From: Candidatus Hodarchaeota archaeon
GTDB lineage: Archaea; Asgardarchaeota; Heimdallarchaeia; Hodarchaeales; Hodarchaeaceae
DNA: 50,190 nt
Assembly (NCBI GenBank): GCA_016839785.1
Contig: JAEOTQ010000135.1
Coordinates: forward strand, 1-50,190
Reading direction: 5' to 3'
The notes under the pieces are model-generated. The model was not told the DNA's origin, made no database searches, and was given only the letters and a program-made list of their open reading frames with translations. Every line of letters begins with the position of its first letter. The first letter of the stretch is position 1. The position numbers and the translations under genes are program-made. Shown in pieces: positions 8,508 to 18,058 of the stretch.

Positions 8508-9278
8508 TTATGCCTCCTTTTTCATTAATTTATAGAAGATTCTAGATTTATTTTCCGAAAAAACAATTCCAGTAACAGTATAATTGCTTTTGAAAGCCTC
8601 TTCAAACTTTGCGCGCGTTTCACTTCTCCAACGTTTAGCTATCGCAATATTATCCTTTTTTATTGTCCGAATATCTCGTGGAATTTCGATGTAACCCACA
8701 TTTTCTCTGGATTCAACGAAATGATTATCAGGAACTCGCTCTGTTATTGGAGGATTTTTGATACTCATTTTTTTAGATACGTTTTCGGAATCTAGCTTCC
8801 ACGTGGCTACTAATCGGTCAGTAGATAACCCTCTGTGCAAATTACTTTTCCCTTCTCCATATATATCTCGTTCATACTCCGAACTCACTATTCCAAGACG
8901 ATGAACATTGAAATACGCATTTTGGGCTTCTAATGGATCAAAATTCCAACGAATAATTTTATATCCCATTTCTATCACTTCTTCTCTCTGGGCTTTTTTC
9001 AAGAGAAATCCAAACCCACGTCCTTGGTACTCTGGTAATACTGCTGTCATATAAGAAAAGAGAAATAATTCCCCCATCCACTTTCCAAGAACACCATAAC
9101 TGAAGCCAACACACTTCTTATCCACAAACAAACCTTGAACAAGGCCTCCGTACTTTTGAATTCTTCCCATTAGAAAAGGAGGATCAATTTCCAAATTATT
9201 CATCCCCCACGCTTTACTCTGTATATCAAGAGTTAGATTGTACTCTTCTACACTTTCTAATCTTCGTATTTCAATCAT
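8508..9278 (-). CDS. GNAT acyltransferase of the NSAR-associated (D-amino acid N-succinyltransferase-like) type
   Basis: AVLPEYQGRGFG.LLK.AQR, WNFDPL...NA.FN..LG, TDRL...W; 1 bp from the racemase start. Confidence 0.85.
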   Translation of the reverse strand: MIEIRRLESVEEYNLTLDIQSKAWGMNNLEIDPPFLMGRIQKYGGLVQGLFVDKKCVGFSYGVLGKWMGELFLFSYMTAVLPEYQGRGFGFLLKKAQREEVIEMGYKIIRWNFDPLEAQNAYFNVHRLGIVSSEYERDIYGEGKSNLHRGLSTDRLVATWKLDSENVSKKMSIKNPPITERVPDNHFVESRENVGYIEIPRDIRTIKKDNIAIAKRWRSETRAKFEEAFKSNYTVTGIVFSENKSRIFYKLMKKEA

Positions 9279-9311
9279 TTTCGATCAATTATGGTTAAAT
9301 TTCCTTTCTAT

Positions 9312-10931
9312 TCACTGTTTCGTCCAACCTGGGCCACGAACCACTCGTCCTGGTGTAGCTCCAGTGTGTTCACCATCCTTCAATACTTGGACTCCATTAA
9401 CAAACACGTGAATCATCCCAGTTGAAAATTGGTGAGGTTTTTCATATGTTGCATGATCCTGAATAGTATTTGGATCAAAAATTGCAATATCTGCAAAATA
9501 TCCTTCTTTGAGTTCTCCTCTTTTAGAAATTTTCAGGTTGGTAGCAGGGAGCTTTGTAAGTCTGTAGATCGCATCTTCAAGAGTAATCAGACCTTCATCA
9601 CGACAATAATGTCCCAAAAGTCGTGAAAAATTACCGTATGCTCTAGGATGACAATTAGATTTTATGAAAACTCCTTCAGGAGCATAACTGCCTTCATCAG
9701 ATCCAAAAGACATGTAAGAGAGCTGAACTTTCTTCCTAACATTTTCTTCTGACATTAGAAAAAAAACAGTTCCTATTCTACTGTCATCCTCGATGATTAA
9801 GTCCATTGCAGTATCTATCGAAGAGGTGTTTCTTTCGTTAGCGATTTGTGCTAAACTTTTGCCTGTTAAAGGCTTTAACGATTCAGATTTGAACGAAACA
9901 AGAAGCATATTTTCAGGTTCAGTCTCTTGATGAACATTCTCCCAGGTTGTATCAGAGGTTGATATGATTTCCTGTTTTATTTTTTCTCTAGTTTTTGGAT
10001 TCTTCAATCGTTTAATGAGAGCCTCATGACCTCCCTCATGAGCCCAAGGAGGAATCAATGTATTCAATCCTGTTGCCCCTGCAGTGTATGTATACATGTT
10101 TGTAGTTACATGAAGGCCTTCCTTTCTTACCTGGTCAATTTTTTCGGTTACAAGGTCAAGTTTATGCCAATTACTTTTACCACTCGCCTTCAAATGATAT
10201 ACTTCGGCCCTAATTTCTGCTTCTTTTGCGATAGTCAGAAATTCATCGAATGCTTCCAAAAAATTTTCCCCCTCACTCCTTAAATGACTGATATACATAC
10301 CATTATATCTTGAAGCCACTTTACACAGCTCTATCAGTTCATTTGTGTCTGCAAAGATTCCTGGGGGATAGATCAACGCCGATGCAACACCAAATGCTCC
10401 TTCTTGCATCGCTTGACCAACTAAAGACTTCATTTGTTCCATTTCTGCAGAATTAGGATTCCTATCATCATGACCTAATACATGAATTCTCACTGTTATT
10501 GCACCGACGAAAGACCCCACATTTGTTGACACTCCCTTCTTTTTTAGAAATTCTAAGAATTCTGACAATCTGGTCCATTCGATGGGATACTTGATATCTC
10601 CCTGATGTGAAATCATCTCTTCTTTCAGTTTTTTATTGAGTGGCCCCCAACTCCAACCTTCTCCCATAACTTCCAGAGTCACCCCCTGCTTAATATCGCT
10701 CTGAGATTTGCCATCCTCTATTAATGTATCAGCAGCCCAGCTTAGCATATTGATGAACCCCGGAGTAATCGCAAGGTTTGTGGCGTCAATTTCTAAATCT
10801 GCTGAATCGTGTTCCAGATTGCCTATTGCAACAATTTGGTCTTTATTAATGGCAAGACTTCCAATATACGAAACATCGCCACTTCCATCATATATTGTAC
10901 CGTTTCGAATTATTACATCATAGTTCTCCAA
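9312..10931 (-). CDS. N-acyl-D-amino-acid deacylase family amidohydrolase
   Basis: IIRNGTIYDGSG, PGFINMLSW, SHLRSE, YHLKA, GSD, HPRAYG, RG.LKEGYFADIAIFD. Confidence 0.9.
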   Translation of the reverse strand: MENYDVIIRNGTIYDGSGDVSYIGSLAINKDQIVAIGNLEHDSADLEIDATNLAITPGFINMLSWAADTLIEDGKSQSDIKQGVTLEVMGEGWSWGPLNKKLKEEMISHQGDIKYPIEWTRLSEFLEFLKKKGVSTNVGSFVGAITVRIHVLGHDDRNPNSAEMEQMKSLVGQAMQEGAFGVASALIYPPGIFADTNELIELCKVASRYNGMYISHLRSEGENFLEAFDEFLTIAKEAEIRAEVYHLKASGKSNWHKLDLVTEKIDQVRKEGLHVTTNMYTYTAGATGLNTLIPPWAHEGGHEALIKRLKNPKTREKIKQEIISTSDTTWENVHQETEPENMLLVSFKSESLKPLTGKSLAQIANERNTSSIDTAMDLIIEDDSRIGTVFFLMSEENVRKKVQLSYMSFGSDEGSYAPEGVFIKSNCHPRAYGNFSRLLGHYCRDEGLITLEDAIYRLTKLPATNLKISKRGELKEGYFADIAIFDPNTIQDHATYEKPHQFSTGMIHVFVNGVQVLKDGEHTGATPGRVVRGPGWTKQ

Positions 10932-11110
10932 CGAAAGACACCATCACGAATATCTCAATGGGAATTTTGAGACCTTTTAATTTTGTTCACTTATTTTGAT
11001 ATCGTTTGTAGTTTCTCTTCGGTATCGTAACACAAAACAGATACTGTACCGTCATAAAAGTAACGTAAATTTATCTTTAAAGCCGAATATTTAAGAATAA
11101 ATAATGTTAA

Positions 11111-11725
11111 TTAGAAATTATGGGCGGTAGATCCGCATTTAGGACAGTAACGTTCATTAAATTCAATAATTGCCCCGCAAGTAGTGCAAAATAACTCTGT
11201 ACTTCCATAAGTCGGTTTTAATGGTGATAGTGGAATAGCGAGTGACTGTTGAAATGCCTCGCGCTCCTTTTGAATATGTCTTGATATTTTTGGTCTTGAG
11301 AAGCGTACAGTAAAAAGAAAAATCCCCAGAAATGCGATTGGTACAATAAGAAACATTGGTACAAATATCCAAAATATTATCGAAAAACTACGTGAATCTC
11401 CAATAAATATGAATAAAAATCCCAATATAAAAGCAAAGAATCCAATGAAGATAGAAATAAAGATTACTGGAAAAATAAGAGTCGTACGATTACTTTGTGT
11501 ACGTAAACTTTCTTCTGCATCATAATAGCATAACGGACAAAGTATTGTTTTACTAGAATATGAATGTGATCTTTGGAGACGATTATCCAAGAAATTTGGA
11601 TTTGTTCGGGATCTATTACCTCTAAAAATCTTCTTACACTCTAAACAGATGTAAGCGGAACAATTTTCGCATTTATCAACTGCGATTCGACTAGAATGGT
11701 AATTACAGGAGAATTCAGTAGACAT
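11111..11725 (-). CDS. B-box zinc finger, 2 TM helices and C-terminal zinc-ribbon membrane protein
   Basis: CNYH-x8-CENC...ICLEC...CPLC; hydrophobic hairpin; CTTCG...YCPKCG. Confidence 0.75.
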   Translation of the reverse strand: MSTEFSCNYHSSRIAVDKCENCSAYICLECKKIFRGNRSRTNPNFLDNRLQRSHSYSSKTILCPLCYYDAEESLRTQSNRTTLIFPVIFISIFIGFFAFILGFLFIFIGDSRSFSIIFWIFVPMFLIVPIAFLGIFLFTVRFSRPKISRHIQKEREAFQQSLAIPLSPLKPTYGSTELFCTTCGAIIEFNERYCPKCGSTAHNF

Positions 11726-11846
11726 TTCACGTCAGTCGTCTATTCTTGTTCCATCTCAAAAAAGGTTTCTTTATCAGTACTATTATAATTAGAATCTTGT
11801 AGACAAGAAGTACCCCTCTATTCAATTTACTTGGGATAGTGAATTT

Positions 11847-12407
11847 ATGATATGGGAAAAAGTTCTTGCTGATGATAAAGAGATTGTGGCAATTAGAAGA
11901 TTAGAAGAACAGATACAGAAAGAGATCCCCGTTGTGACTTCTCAAATAAAATGGAACGATTTTGGGATTTATCTTCGAAGTAAGTCAATTATTGGATTAG
12001 GTCTTTTTTCCCAACAACTCAATTTGATTCCATCTGAATTATGGAATCTCGGAAACTTAGAAGTTCTAAACATTGTGAATTGTGGATTGAAGGAACTTAC
12101 GGAAATGATTGGATCTTTAACTTTACTAAAAGAACTATATATTGGAGGAAATCAGTTAAAAATAATACCCAAATCAATTCAAGCATTAAATAACCTTAGT
12201 GTACTTTATATATTGGAGGATGGTCTTTTATCAATCCCTGAAGAAATTGGTAACCTCAGGAATTTAAAAGAGCTGTCAATCACAACCAAATTTATCAAAA
12301 ATCTTCCCCAATCAATAATTAAATTGACTACGAGTGGATGTCGTGTTTATATGAACAACCGAGAGATCACCACATCCGATTCTGAAGAAAAAAGGAAACT
12401 TCCTTGA
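11847..12407 (+). CDS. Leucine-rich repeat protein
   Basis: Repeats of IPxxIxNLxNLxxLxIxxNxL. Confidence 0.9.
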   Translation: MIWEKVLADDKEIVAIRRLEEQIQKEIPVVTSQIKWNDFGIYLRSKSIIGLGLFSQQLNLIPSELWNLGNLEVLNIVNCGLKELTEMIGSLTLLKELYIGGNQLKIIPKSIQALNNLSVLYILEDGLLSIPEEIGNLRNLKELSITTKFIKNLPQSIIKLTTSGCRVYMNNREITTSDSEEKRKLP

Positions 12408-12551
12408 ATGAAGATGTTAATCAGAAATTTCTTCTTCCCTCCTTGTTATTATTTTCAGTAAATTCTCTCTGAGATATTTTTTACCCCTATCATAAGATTT
12501 TTAGCAGGTATCATCTCTGCAAATTGTCACAATTATTTCGAGGAGGAATTA

Positions 12552-12869
12552 ATGGTTAAATGTAAAATAACTGTTCTTAAAAAGAGTATATATCAAGAAT
12601 TGGCTGATGAATATTGCAAATCAAAAACTGGAATATGTACGAGATTTGAAGAAGGAGATGTTTTTATCGCAGACAATAGTACTATAATGCCTGAAGGGTT
12701 CTGTGGTTATGCTTGGTACGACTTACATAGGCTTATATTAGCCCTCATGACAGGGGGAAATTTTGGTTCATACTCTTGGAATTGGATGAAAGATGATGAC
12801 ACAATGATTGCTTGCTGTACAGATGGAATTCGTCCTGTGGTCTTCAAGCTCGAGCGTATTGATCCATAG
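12552..12869 (+). CDS. TIGR04076 family protein (second copy)
   Basis: CKITVLK, CTRFEEG, PEGFC.YAW, CCTDGIRPVVFKLER; GAGGAG SD. Confidence 0.88.
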   Translation: MVKCKITVLKKSIYQELADEYCKSKTGICTRFEEGDVFIADNSTIMPEGFCGYAWYDLHRLILALMTGGNFGSYSWNWMKDDDTMIACCTDGIRPVVFKLERIDP

Positions 12870-12921
12870 AAAAAACTAAAACGGTATTTTTTAAAAATTC
12901 TTTTGAACCGATCGAAGGTAT

Positions 12922-13473
12922 GTGTTAATGATAATTGCTCAAAAGAACAATGTGGTTCTCCGTCACGCAAAGAAAATAGATTTTTCTCAAATTGATGAGA
13001 TTACTGTAATTTGTTATTCTGCTATATACCAGAGCTTTGTAGAAATGGTGGGGAAGGATGTATTTCAAGGAATATACTATAATTCAGAGTTACCTTGGCC
13101 TAAAAGCAAAAAGATACAAAACAATAACTTATTTGCTGAACATCCAGACTGGATATGGGTGTTAGAGGAACAGGAACACCTCTTTGGATATGTCTCCTTC
13201 AAGTTAAAACCAGAAAAGAATTATGGAATCTTCGATAATAATGGTGTTCTTCCAACCCACGCAGGTCAAGGTTGGGGAAAATTTATGTACAGACATGTAC
13301 TAAAATTTTTCAGATCAACGGGTCTTAGGTTTGCACTTGTAGAAACGGGTTTGGATGCTGCTCATATTCCAGCTCGTCGAGCATACGAAGCAGTAGGCTT
13401 TGATCATCAAGATCTTATTACGATGTATTATCAAGACCTTAGCAAAAAGAACCCAGGTTCAGAATTGCATTAA
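12922..13473 (+). CDS. GNAT family N-acetyltransferase
   Basis: VLPTHAGQGWG, H.PARRAYEAVGF. Confidence 0.85.
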   Translation: MLMIIAQKNNVVLRHAKKIDFSQIDEITVICYSAIYQSFVEMVGKDVFQGIYYNSELPWPKSKKIQNNNLFAEHPDWIWVLEEQEHLFGYVSFKLKPEKNYGIFDNNGVLPTHAGQGWGKFMYRHVLKFFRSTGLRFALVETGLDAAHIPARRAYEAVGFDHQDLITMYYQDLSKKNPGSELH

Positions 13474-13510
13474 GAGAAAGAAACCAACAATCTACGGGAT
13501 ACTGCATTTA

Positions 13511-14476
13511 ATGGAGTTTTCTTTAATCGATATCTCAAATTTAATTGTACCTTTCGATATAGGTAAATTCATTGAGGTAGTAAAAACTCTTGATAGTGGT
13601 TTTACTAGTGATAATTATCACGTTAAAACAACGAAAGGAGATTTTGTATTTCGCATTATCTACGACTCTGTGTCACATGTTGAATTTGCAATGGAGGTAT
13701 ATCTGTATTTAGCCAATAATGGAGTAAAAACTCCATTTCCTATCTCAACTAACAAAGGAAATCTCTGTATTTCCTACAAGAGTCATACAATAGCAGTTCA
13801 GTCGTTCATTCCTGGCTTGGATATAAGAGAGCCTGAAAGGGTTGATATGTTATTAGATTTTTATGGTCAAGAATTAGGGAAAATCCATTATCTATTAGTA
13901 CAGATGTTAATTGATAGAGGAGGATTACGTGAACTCAAAAAACAAGATACAATATCGTATGTAAAATCAATGAGCCAATACCTACCCGAGGATAAATATA
14001 TACATGACCAGTACCACTCATGGAAACAAGAAATTTCATTGTTTTCCGAAAATAGCCTAACAAAATCCGTTATTCATGGTGATGTAGGCCCTAAAGATTT
14101 CTTTTTTAAGAATAATGAATTCAAAGGAATTCTTGATTTTAATGATGCAAAGAAGGATTTTTTGTTATTTGACATTGCCCCAATGATGATGTATTGCAGT
14201 TTATACAAGCCTGAAAGGAAACGACAATATGTAAAGTTTATAACTGCATACTTAAAGGAATCTCCCATGCATTCTGAAGAATTGAAGTTTTTAAAATTAA
14301 TTCTTCGAACACGTTGGTTAGCACAAATCGTTCAACACCAATATAGGTATGAAAAAGGCATAACCCGGGGATCTGATACTGGGAAAGTAGAAGAAAATTT
14401 ACAAGGAGTATTGGATGGAATTAGTTTTTTAAAAATAACAAATGCTCTTCCAGAGAATCATTTTATTGTACTTTAA
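13511..14476 (+). CDS. Aminoglycoside phosphotransferase / type II homoserine kinase-like protein
   Basis: G.TSDNYHV.T..G.FVFR, LGKIH, IHGD, ILDFND; start moved to ATG 13511 to avoid overlap with the GNAT gene. Confidence 0.85.
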   Translation: MEFSLIDISNLIVPFDIGKFIEVVKTLDSGFTSDNYHVKTTKGDFVFRIIYDSVSHVEFAMEVYLYLANNGVKTPFPISTNKGNLCISYKSHTIAVQSFIPGLDIREPERVDMLLDFYGQELGKIHYLLVQMLIDRGGLRELKKQDTISYVKSMSQYLPEDKYIHDQYHSWKQEISLFSENSLTKSVIHGDVGPKDFFFKNNEFKGILDFNDAKKDFLLFDIAPMMMYCSLYKPERKRQYVKFITAYLKESPMHSEELKFLKLILRTRWLAQIVQHQYRYEKGITRGSDTGKVEENLQGVLDGISFLKITNALPENHFIVL

Positions 14477-14477
14477 G

Positions 14478-14487
14478 TTTTTTTTTT
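14478..14487 (+). terminator. T10 tract, archaeal-type terminator candidate
   Basis: Run of 10 T immediately after the stop codon at a convergent junction. Confidence 0.5.
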
Positions 14488-14544
14488 GAGAGGAATAATT
14501 TTATTCATTCTCCTCAAACCTCGTATTTTCAAAAAGAGGGGGAC

Positions 14545-15018
14545 TCAGAATGAGAAACTGATTCCCTTTATGTCTGACCCACCTTCAATCCTCAGCAAAA
14601 TAGTCCCTGAAGGTTCTTTATACAATTCTTGATACCGCTCCTTTAGAGGAGTTAAATTGAAAATAAATAGTTCTGTGAAAAATGCCGTACACATATCGTC
14701 GTTTGCATCATGACTAAAGAGAATCGGAGTTTGGACTGGATAGGACTCTAACCACTCATCAGAGGCAATTAATCTAAACACATGTTCTTTACATCCACCC
14801 CCATAGGAAGCATTTATGACTAGCTTCCTTCCCACGATTGACATATCATTAATTAACACACTGTCTTGAGGAGCAGAGAGGTATAATGAGTTATTTACAA
14901 TAATGTTGTCACTTTCAAGAAATAATACCGGATTCATTACGAATGCCCCCACAACAATTAACCCCAAGAGTCCAGCAGTCATAATAGACCCTAAGACAAT
15001 TTTAAGTGATAGTAACAT
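14545..15018 (-). CDS. Membrane-anchored/secreted hypothetical protein with two conserved-looking Cys
   Basis: N-terminal TM/signal; YGGGCKEHVF.L...ESYPVQ...H..DD.C pattern reminiscent of bacterial surface proteins. Confidence 0.65.
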   Translation of the reverse strand: MLLSLKIVLGSIMTAGLLGLIVVGAFVMNPVLFLESDNIIVNNSLYLSAPQDSVLINDMSIVGRKLVINASYGGGCKEHVFRLIASDEWLESYPVQTPILFSHDANDDMCTAFFTELFIFNLTPLKERYQELYKEPSGTILLRIEGGSDIKGISFSF

Positions 15019-15163
15019 AAAATCGATTCCTAAACCTTTGTACTAAACCTTTCTCATGAAAGATTCAGTCAGATCAAACACTGTATTATTATGATAAATG
15101 CTTGCTTGTGTAGATTTATACACCTATAGTTGTTCTTGCAAACACATATACTTAATCGGACTT

Positions 15164-16297
15164 CTACTTCAGCTTTTTATAAATCAGTGATGCTTTATCT
15201 TTGTATTGTTGAACCGCGGGTTGATCAAAAGGATTAGAACCCTTTAATTGACATAAGCGAACCGTTACGGCATGGAGAAACCCTACGCATTGAGCTGTTT
15301 CAGAGATGGTGTTCTTTTCAAGTTCTATTTGGAAAACAGGACCAGGAAAAGTATCAGCTACAGCCCTAGAAGTTATATTCAGATGTTGCCCAGCTCTCCC
15401 TTTTATGCCAGGTACTAATTTCTTGAGGTTTTTCGGGAAATCCTCCTCTGAAAGATCATTACTATAGTCACTACATAGAAAACTGATAAGAAAAGAGTCA
15501 TTTACACCACCATACCACCGTTGTACATCAGAGTGTGCACTTCGGGGCATGATATGCAAAGAAGTATCCAAAGTATCAGTCGATTTCTTAGGTACTGATT
15601 CATTCAGTAATTGTGTAGTCAATATTCCTAAACCTTGCGTGAAATATCCAGAGGGAAGAATTTTAACTTTAGAAATACCCGATTGTTCCAGATTCCAAAT
15701 TTTTATTGCAATCTCTTCTGCAATTGAGCCTTTCTTGAAAAATGTTCCATAACTCTTTTTTAAATTCGACAAAAAATCTTCGGGATCAAGACCCATGGCA
15801 ATCATGGGGACAATCCCCAATTCATTTTGAACGGCAAATCTTCCAGAAATATCATGAGTTACAGAGACCATGGACCATCCGAACTGGTTGGCTACTTCTA
15901 ATAAGGACCCCCCATTTGTGACAACAAGCGAGTCGTAATCCATCAGATAGGGAATAAAACTTAGCACTTCATTTGTCATTCCTGAACGAGAACAGTAGAT
16001 GACACGGGTATTCTTAATATCATTTTTTAGAAATTCATTCAATACATATGGATCAGGAACTTCTAGATGTGATGTAGGTACCGTAGCGTGTGGTTTGAAT
16101 ACTAGTGGTTGGACCTGAGAGCCTCCAATTCCAACGATTCCCAGGTGTGAGTAATCTCCCAACACATTGGGTATACTTGATTTAAGCTGCTTTGCACGTG
16201 AGATAAACTCATTCATTTTTTTGACAAAATCAGGAACAAGAAAAGGTTTCATATCTGGGGGACGTTCAACATACTTCTCAGGGCTAGTTATTTTCAT
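15164..16297 (-). CDS. pgi: Glucose-6-phosphate isomerase (short PGI-superfamily form)
   Basis: GIGGS, SRSG.T.E, ISGRF, QLLNES (Glu), AHS (His), NPFDQPAV..YK (Lys). Confidence 0.85.
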   Translation of the reverse strand: MKITSPEKYVERPPDMKPFLVPDFVKKMNEFISRAKQLKSSIPNVLGDYSHLGIVGIGGSQVQPLVFKPHATVPTSHLEVPDPYVLNEFLKNDIKNTRVIYCSRSGMTNEVLSFIPYLMDYDSLVVTNGGSLLEVANQFGWSMVSVTHDISGRFAVQNELGIVPMIAMGLDPEDFLSNLKKSYGTFFKKGSIAEEIAIKIWNLEQSGISKVKILPSGYFTQGLGILTTQLLNESVPKKSTDTLDTSLHIMPRSAHSDVQRWYGGVNDSFLISFLCSDYSNDLSEEDFPKNLKKLVPGIKGRAGQHLNITSRAVADTFPGPVFQIELEKNTISETAQCVGFLHAVTVRLCQLKGSNPFDQPAVQQYKDKASLIYKKLK

Positions 16298-16372
16298 GAT
16301 GATTCACCATCATTCTATTAAGAAAATCAAAAAGCTCTGTAGGAAAGAAGATGTAAAAAGATATCCGTTTAG

Positions 16373-16966
16373 CTATTGGAATATCTTCTTTCTTTTGATG
16401 AATTCTCTTAGAATCACAAAGAAAATTACTGTTGAAATCCCTAAAGTGGTGATCACAATTAATACTTGCATCAGCTTTTCCGTTGGGTCAATGAATGATG
16501 CTTCATACGGATAGCCTGCATTTTTCCAAGCATTGAAACCTTCTAACATATTGTACACCATTGTGAAATTTAAATCAACCAGTGAGTTTGAAGCAATAAC
16601 TGACCTTGACCCAGAGTGACAATACACGAGAACTGGTCGAGATTTGTTCTCTGGAAGCTCATTTTGTCTTAAAGTTATCTCTTTATGGGGAATCAACTCA
16701 GCATTGATTATGTGGCCCGTTGAATATTCTTCCTGGGTTCTAACATCTAATATAAATAGACTACTTGTATTCTCCACCACGTTATAAGCTTCAGTAACCG
16801 AAATATTAGTATAACCGTTCAATAACGTTGCTTGAGATCCAAAATCATTGACTGATGAATAGAGGGCTAATAGAAATAATATCAATAGAAAATGAAATGG
16901 GATTTTTGTTCGTGACAATCTCAAACATCTTTTTGCATTCAATGTGTTAGGATAATAAGAATTCAA
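16373..16966 (-). CDS. Membrane-anchored rhodanese-like sulfurtransferase
   Basis: LDVRT..EY..GHI..A, active loop CHSGSRS, EGFNAW; N- and C-terminal hydrophobic segments. Confidence 0.88.
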   Translation of the reverse strand: MNSYYPNTLNAKRCLRLSRTKIPFHFLLILFLLALYSSVNDFGSQATLLNGYTNISVTEAYNVVENTSSLFILDVRTQEEYSTGHIINAELIPHKEITLRQNELPENKSRPVLVYCHSGSRSVIASNSLVDLNFTMVYNMLEGFNAWKNAGYPYEASFIDPTEKLMQVLIVITTLGISTVIFFVILREFIKRKKIFQ

Positions 16967-17017
16967 GACATCAAATCATGGGAGAACCTGAATGTATTTT
17001 ATAGATTTCCGCTTTTG

Positions 17018-17920
17018 TTATCCCTCTAAATTCAGTTTTATAGCGTCCTCGGGACAAATTTCTATGCATCGATTGCAATAATAGCATTCTCCTTTATTGC
17101 TTTCAGCTGCAGCCACATGAGTAGGGCAAATTTTTTCACAAAGTCCGCATTCCGTACAATCTTCGGTTCGTTGATATGTGTTTTTTGCATATCGGCTACA
17201 AAGATCGGAACCTGCTCCAAACGGACATAAAAATCTGCAGTAGGGTCGATAAAGAAAAATGCTGGAGATTCCTACAATCGATAACCCTACAAAGGCAATA
17301 AACAGGTTTAAATCTATGGGAGAACGGAGAACCAAGAATCCAGAAAAGGGATCAAAATATGGGAGTATGTTAATACCCAACAGAATTGCTAAGAAAAAGA
17401 GAATTCCGACAAAAGTCCACCGGACCTTGCCTGTTAGTTGTTTTGAAACCTCAAAATGGAATTTATTTGCCTTTTGATTTTTAATATCTTGTTTGAAGTT
17501 GATTTTAGAGAGTAACTCCTGAAATGTACCTAAAGGACATGCATATCCACAGAAAATTCTTCCTACGAGGAGAGAAGTCCCAAATAATATGGTTAATACG
17601 GTTAATACTGGAAGGAGATACCACAAATCTTTTCTATCTGCAATAGCCATTAAAATTTCGCTAATTGGGAGAAGAGTATTTGGGATGGCAACCAACAGTA
17701 ATCCTCCAATGATAAAGGTAATTAGATAGATCACGGTCGCAGCTTTTTGGGACATTAATTTTGCATCAATCAACATAATACAGAATAAAAACGTAATTAG
17801 CCATAAAAAAAGCATAAACACTCCCGAAATAGCACCATAAGTATCAAAGGGAAGTGGATTTTCTTGAAAAACGCTTGAAATCACTCCAAATCCAATTTGT
17901 TTTAAATTTTTCACATCCAT
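17018..17920 (-). CDS. Membrane polyferredoxin (NapH/MauN/NosR-like 4Fe-4S binding protein)
   Basis: GRIFCGYACPLG, RPYCRFLCP.G and two CxxCxxCxxxCP motifs. Confidence 0.9.
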   Translation of the reverse strand: MDVKNLKQIGFGVISSVFQENPLPFDTYGAISGVFMLFLWLITFLFCIMLIDAKLMSQKAATVIYLITFIIGGLLLVAIPNTLLPISEILMAIADRKDLWYLLPVLTVLTILFGTSLLVGRIFCGYACPLGTFQELLSKINFKQDIKNQKANKFHFEVSKQLTGKVRWTFVGILFFLAILLGINILPYFDPFSGFLVLRSPIDLNLFIAFVGLSIVGISSIFLYRPYCRFLCPFGAGSDLCSRYAKNTYQRTEDCTECGLCEKICPTHVAAAESNKGECYYCNRCIEICPEDAIKLNLEG

Positions 17921-18058
17921 TCCAATTATTTGTTTAGATTGTTACTTTAATTCTAGATTACTAAAGGACGAATTAGCTATTAGTCCAGAAGATCAATTTA
18001 ACTTAACAAAAATGGAAATATGACGATTAACATCATACTTCCATAAGGAGCTGATCTA

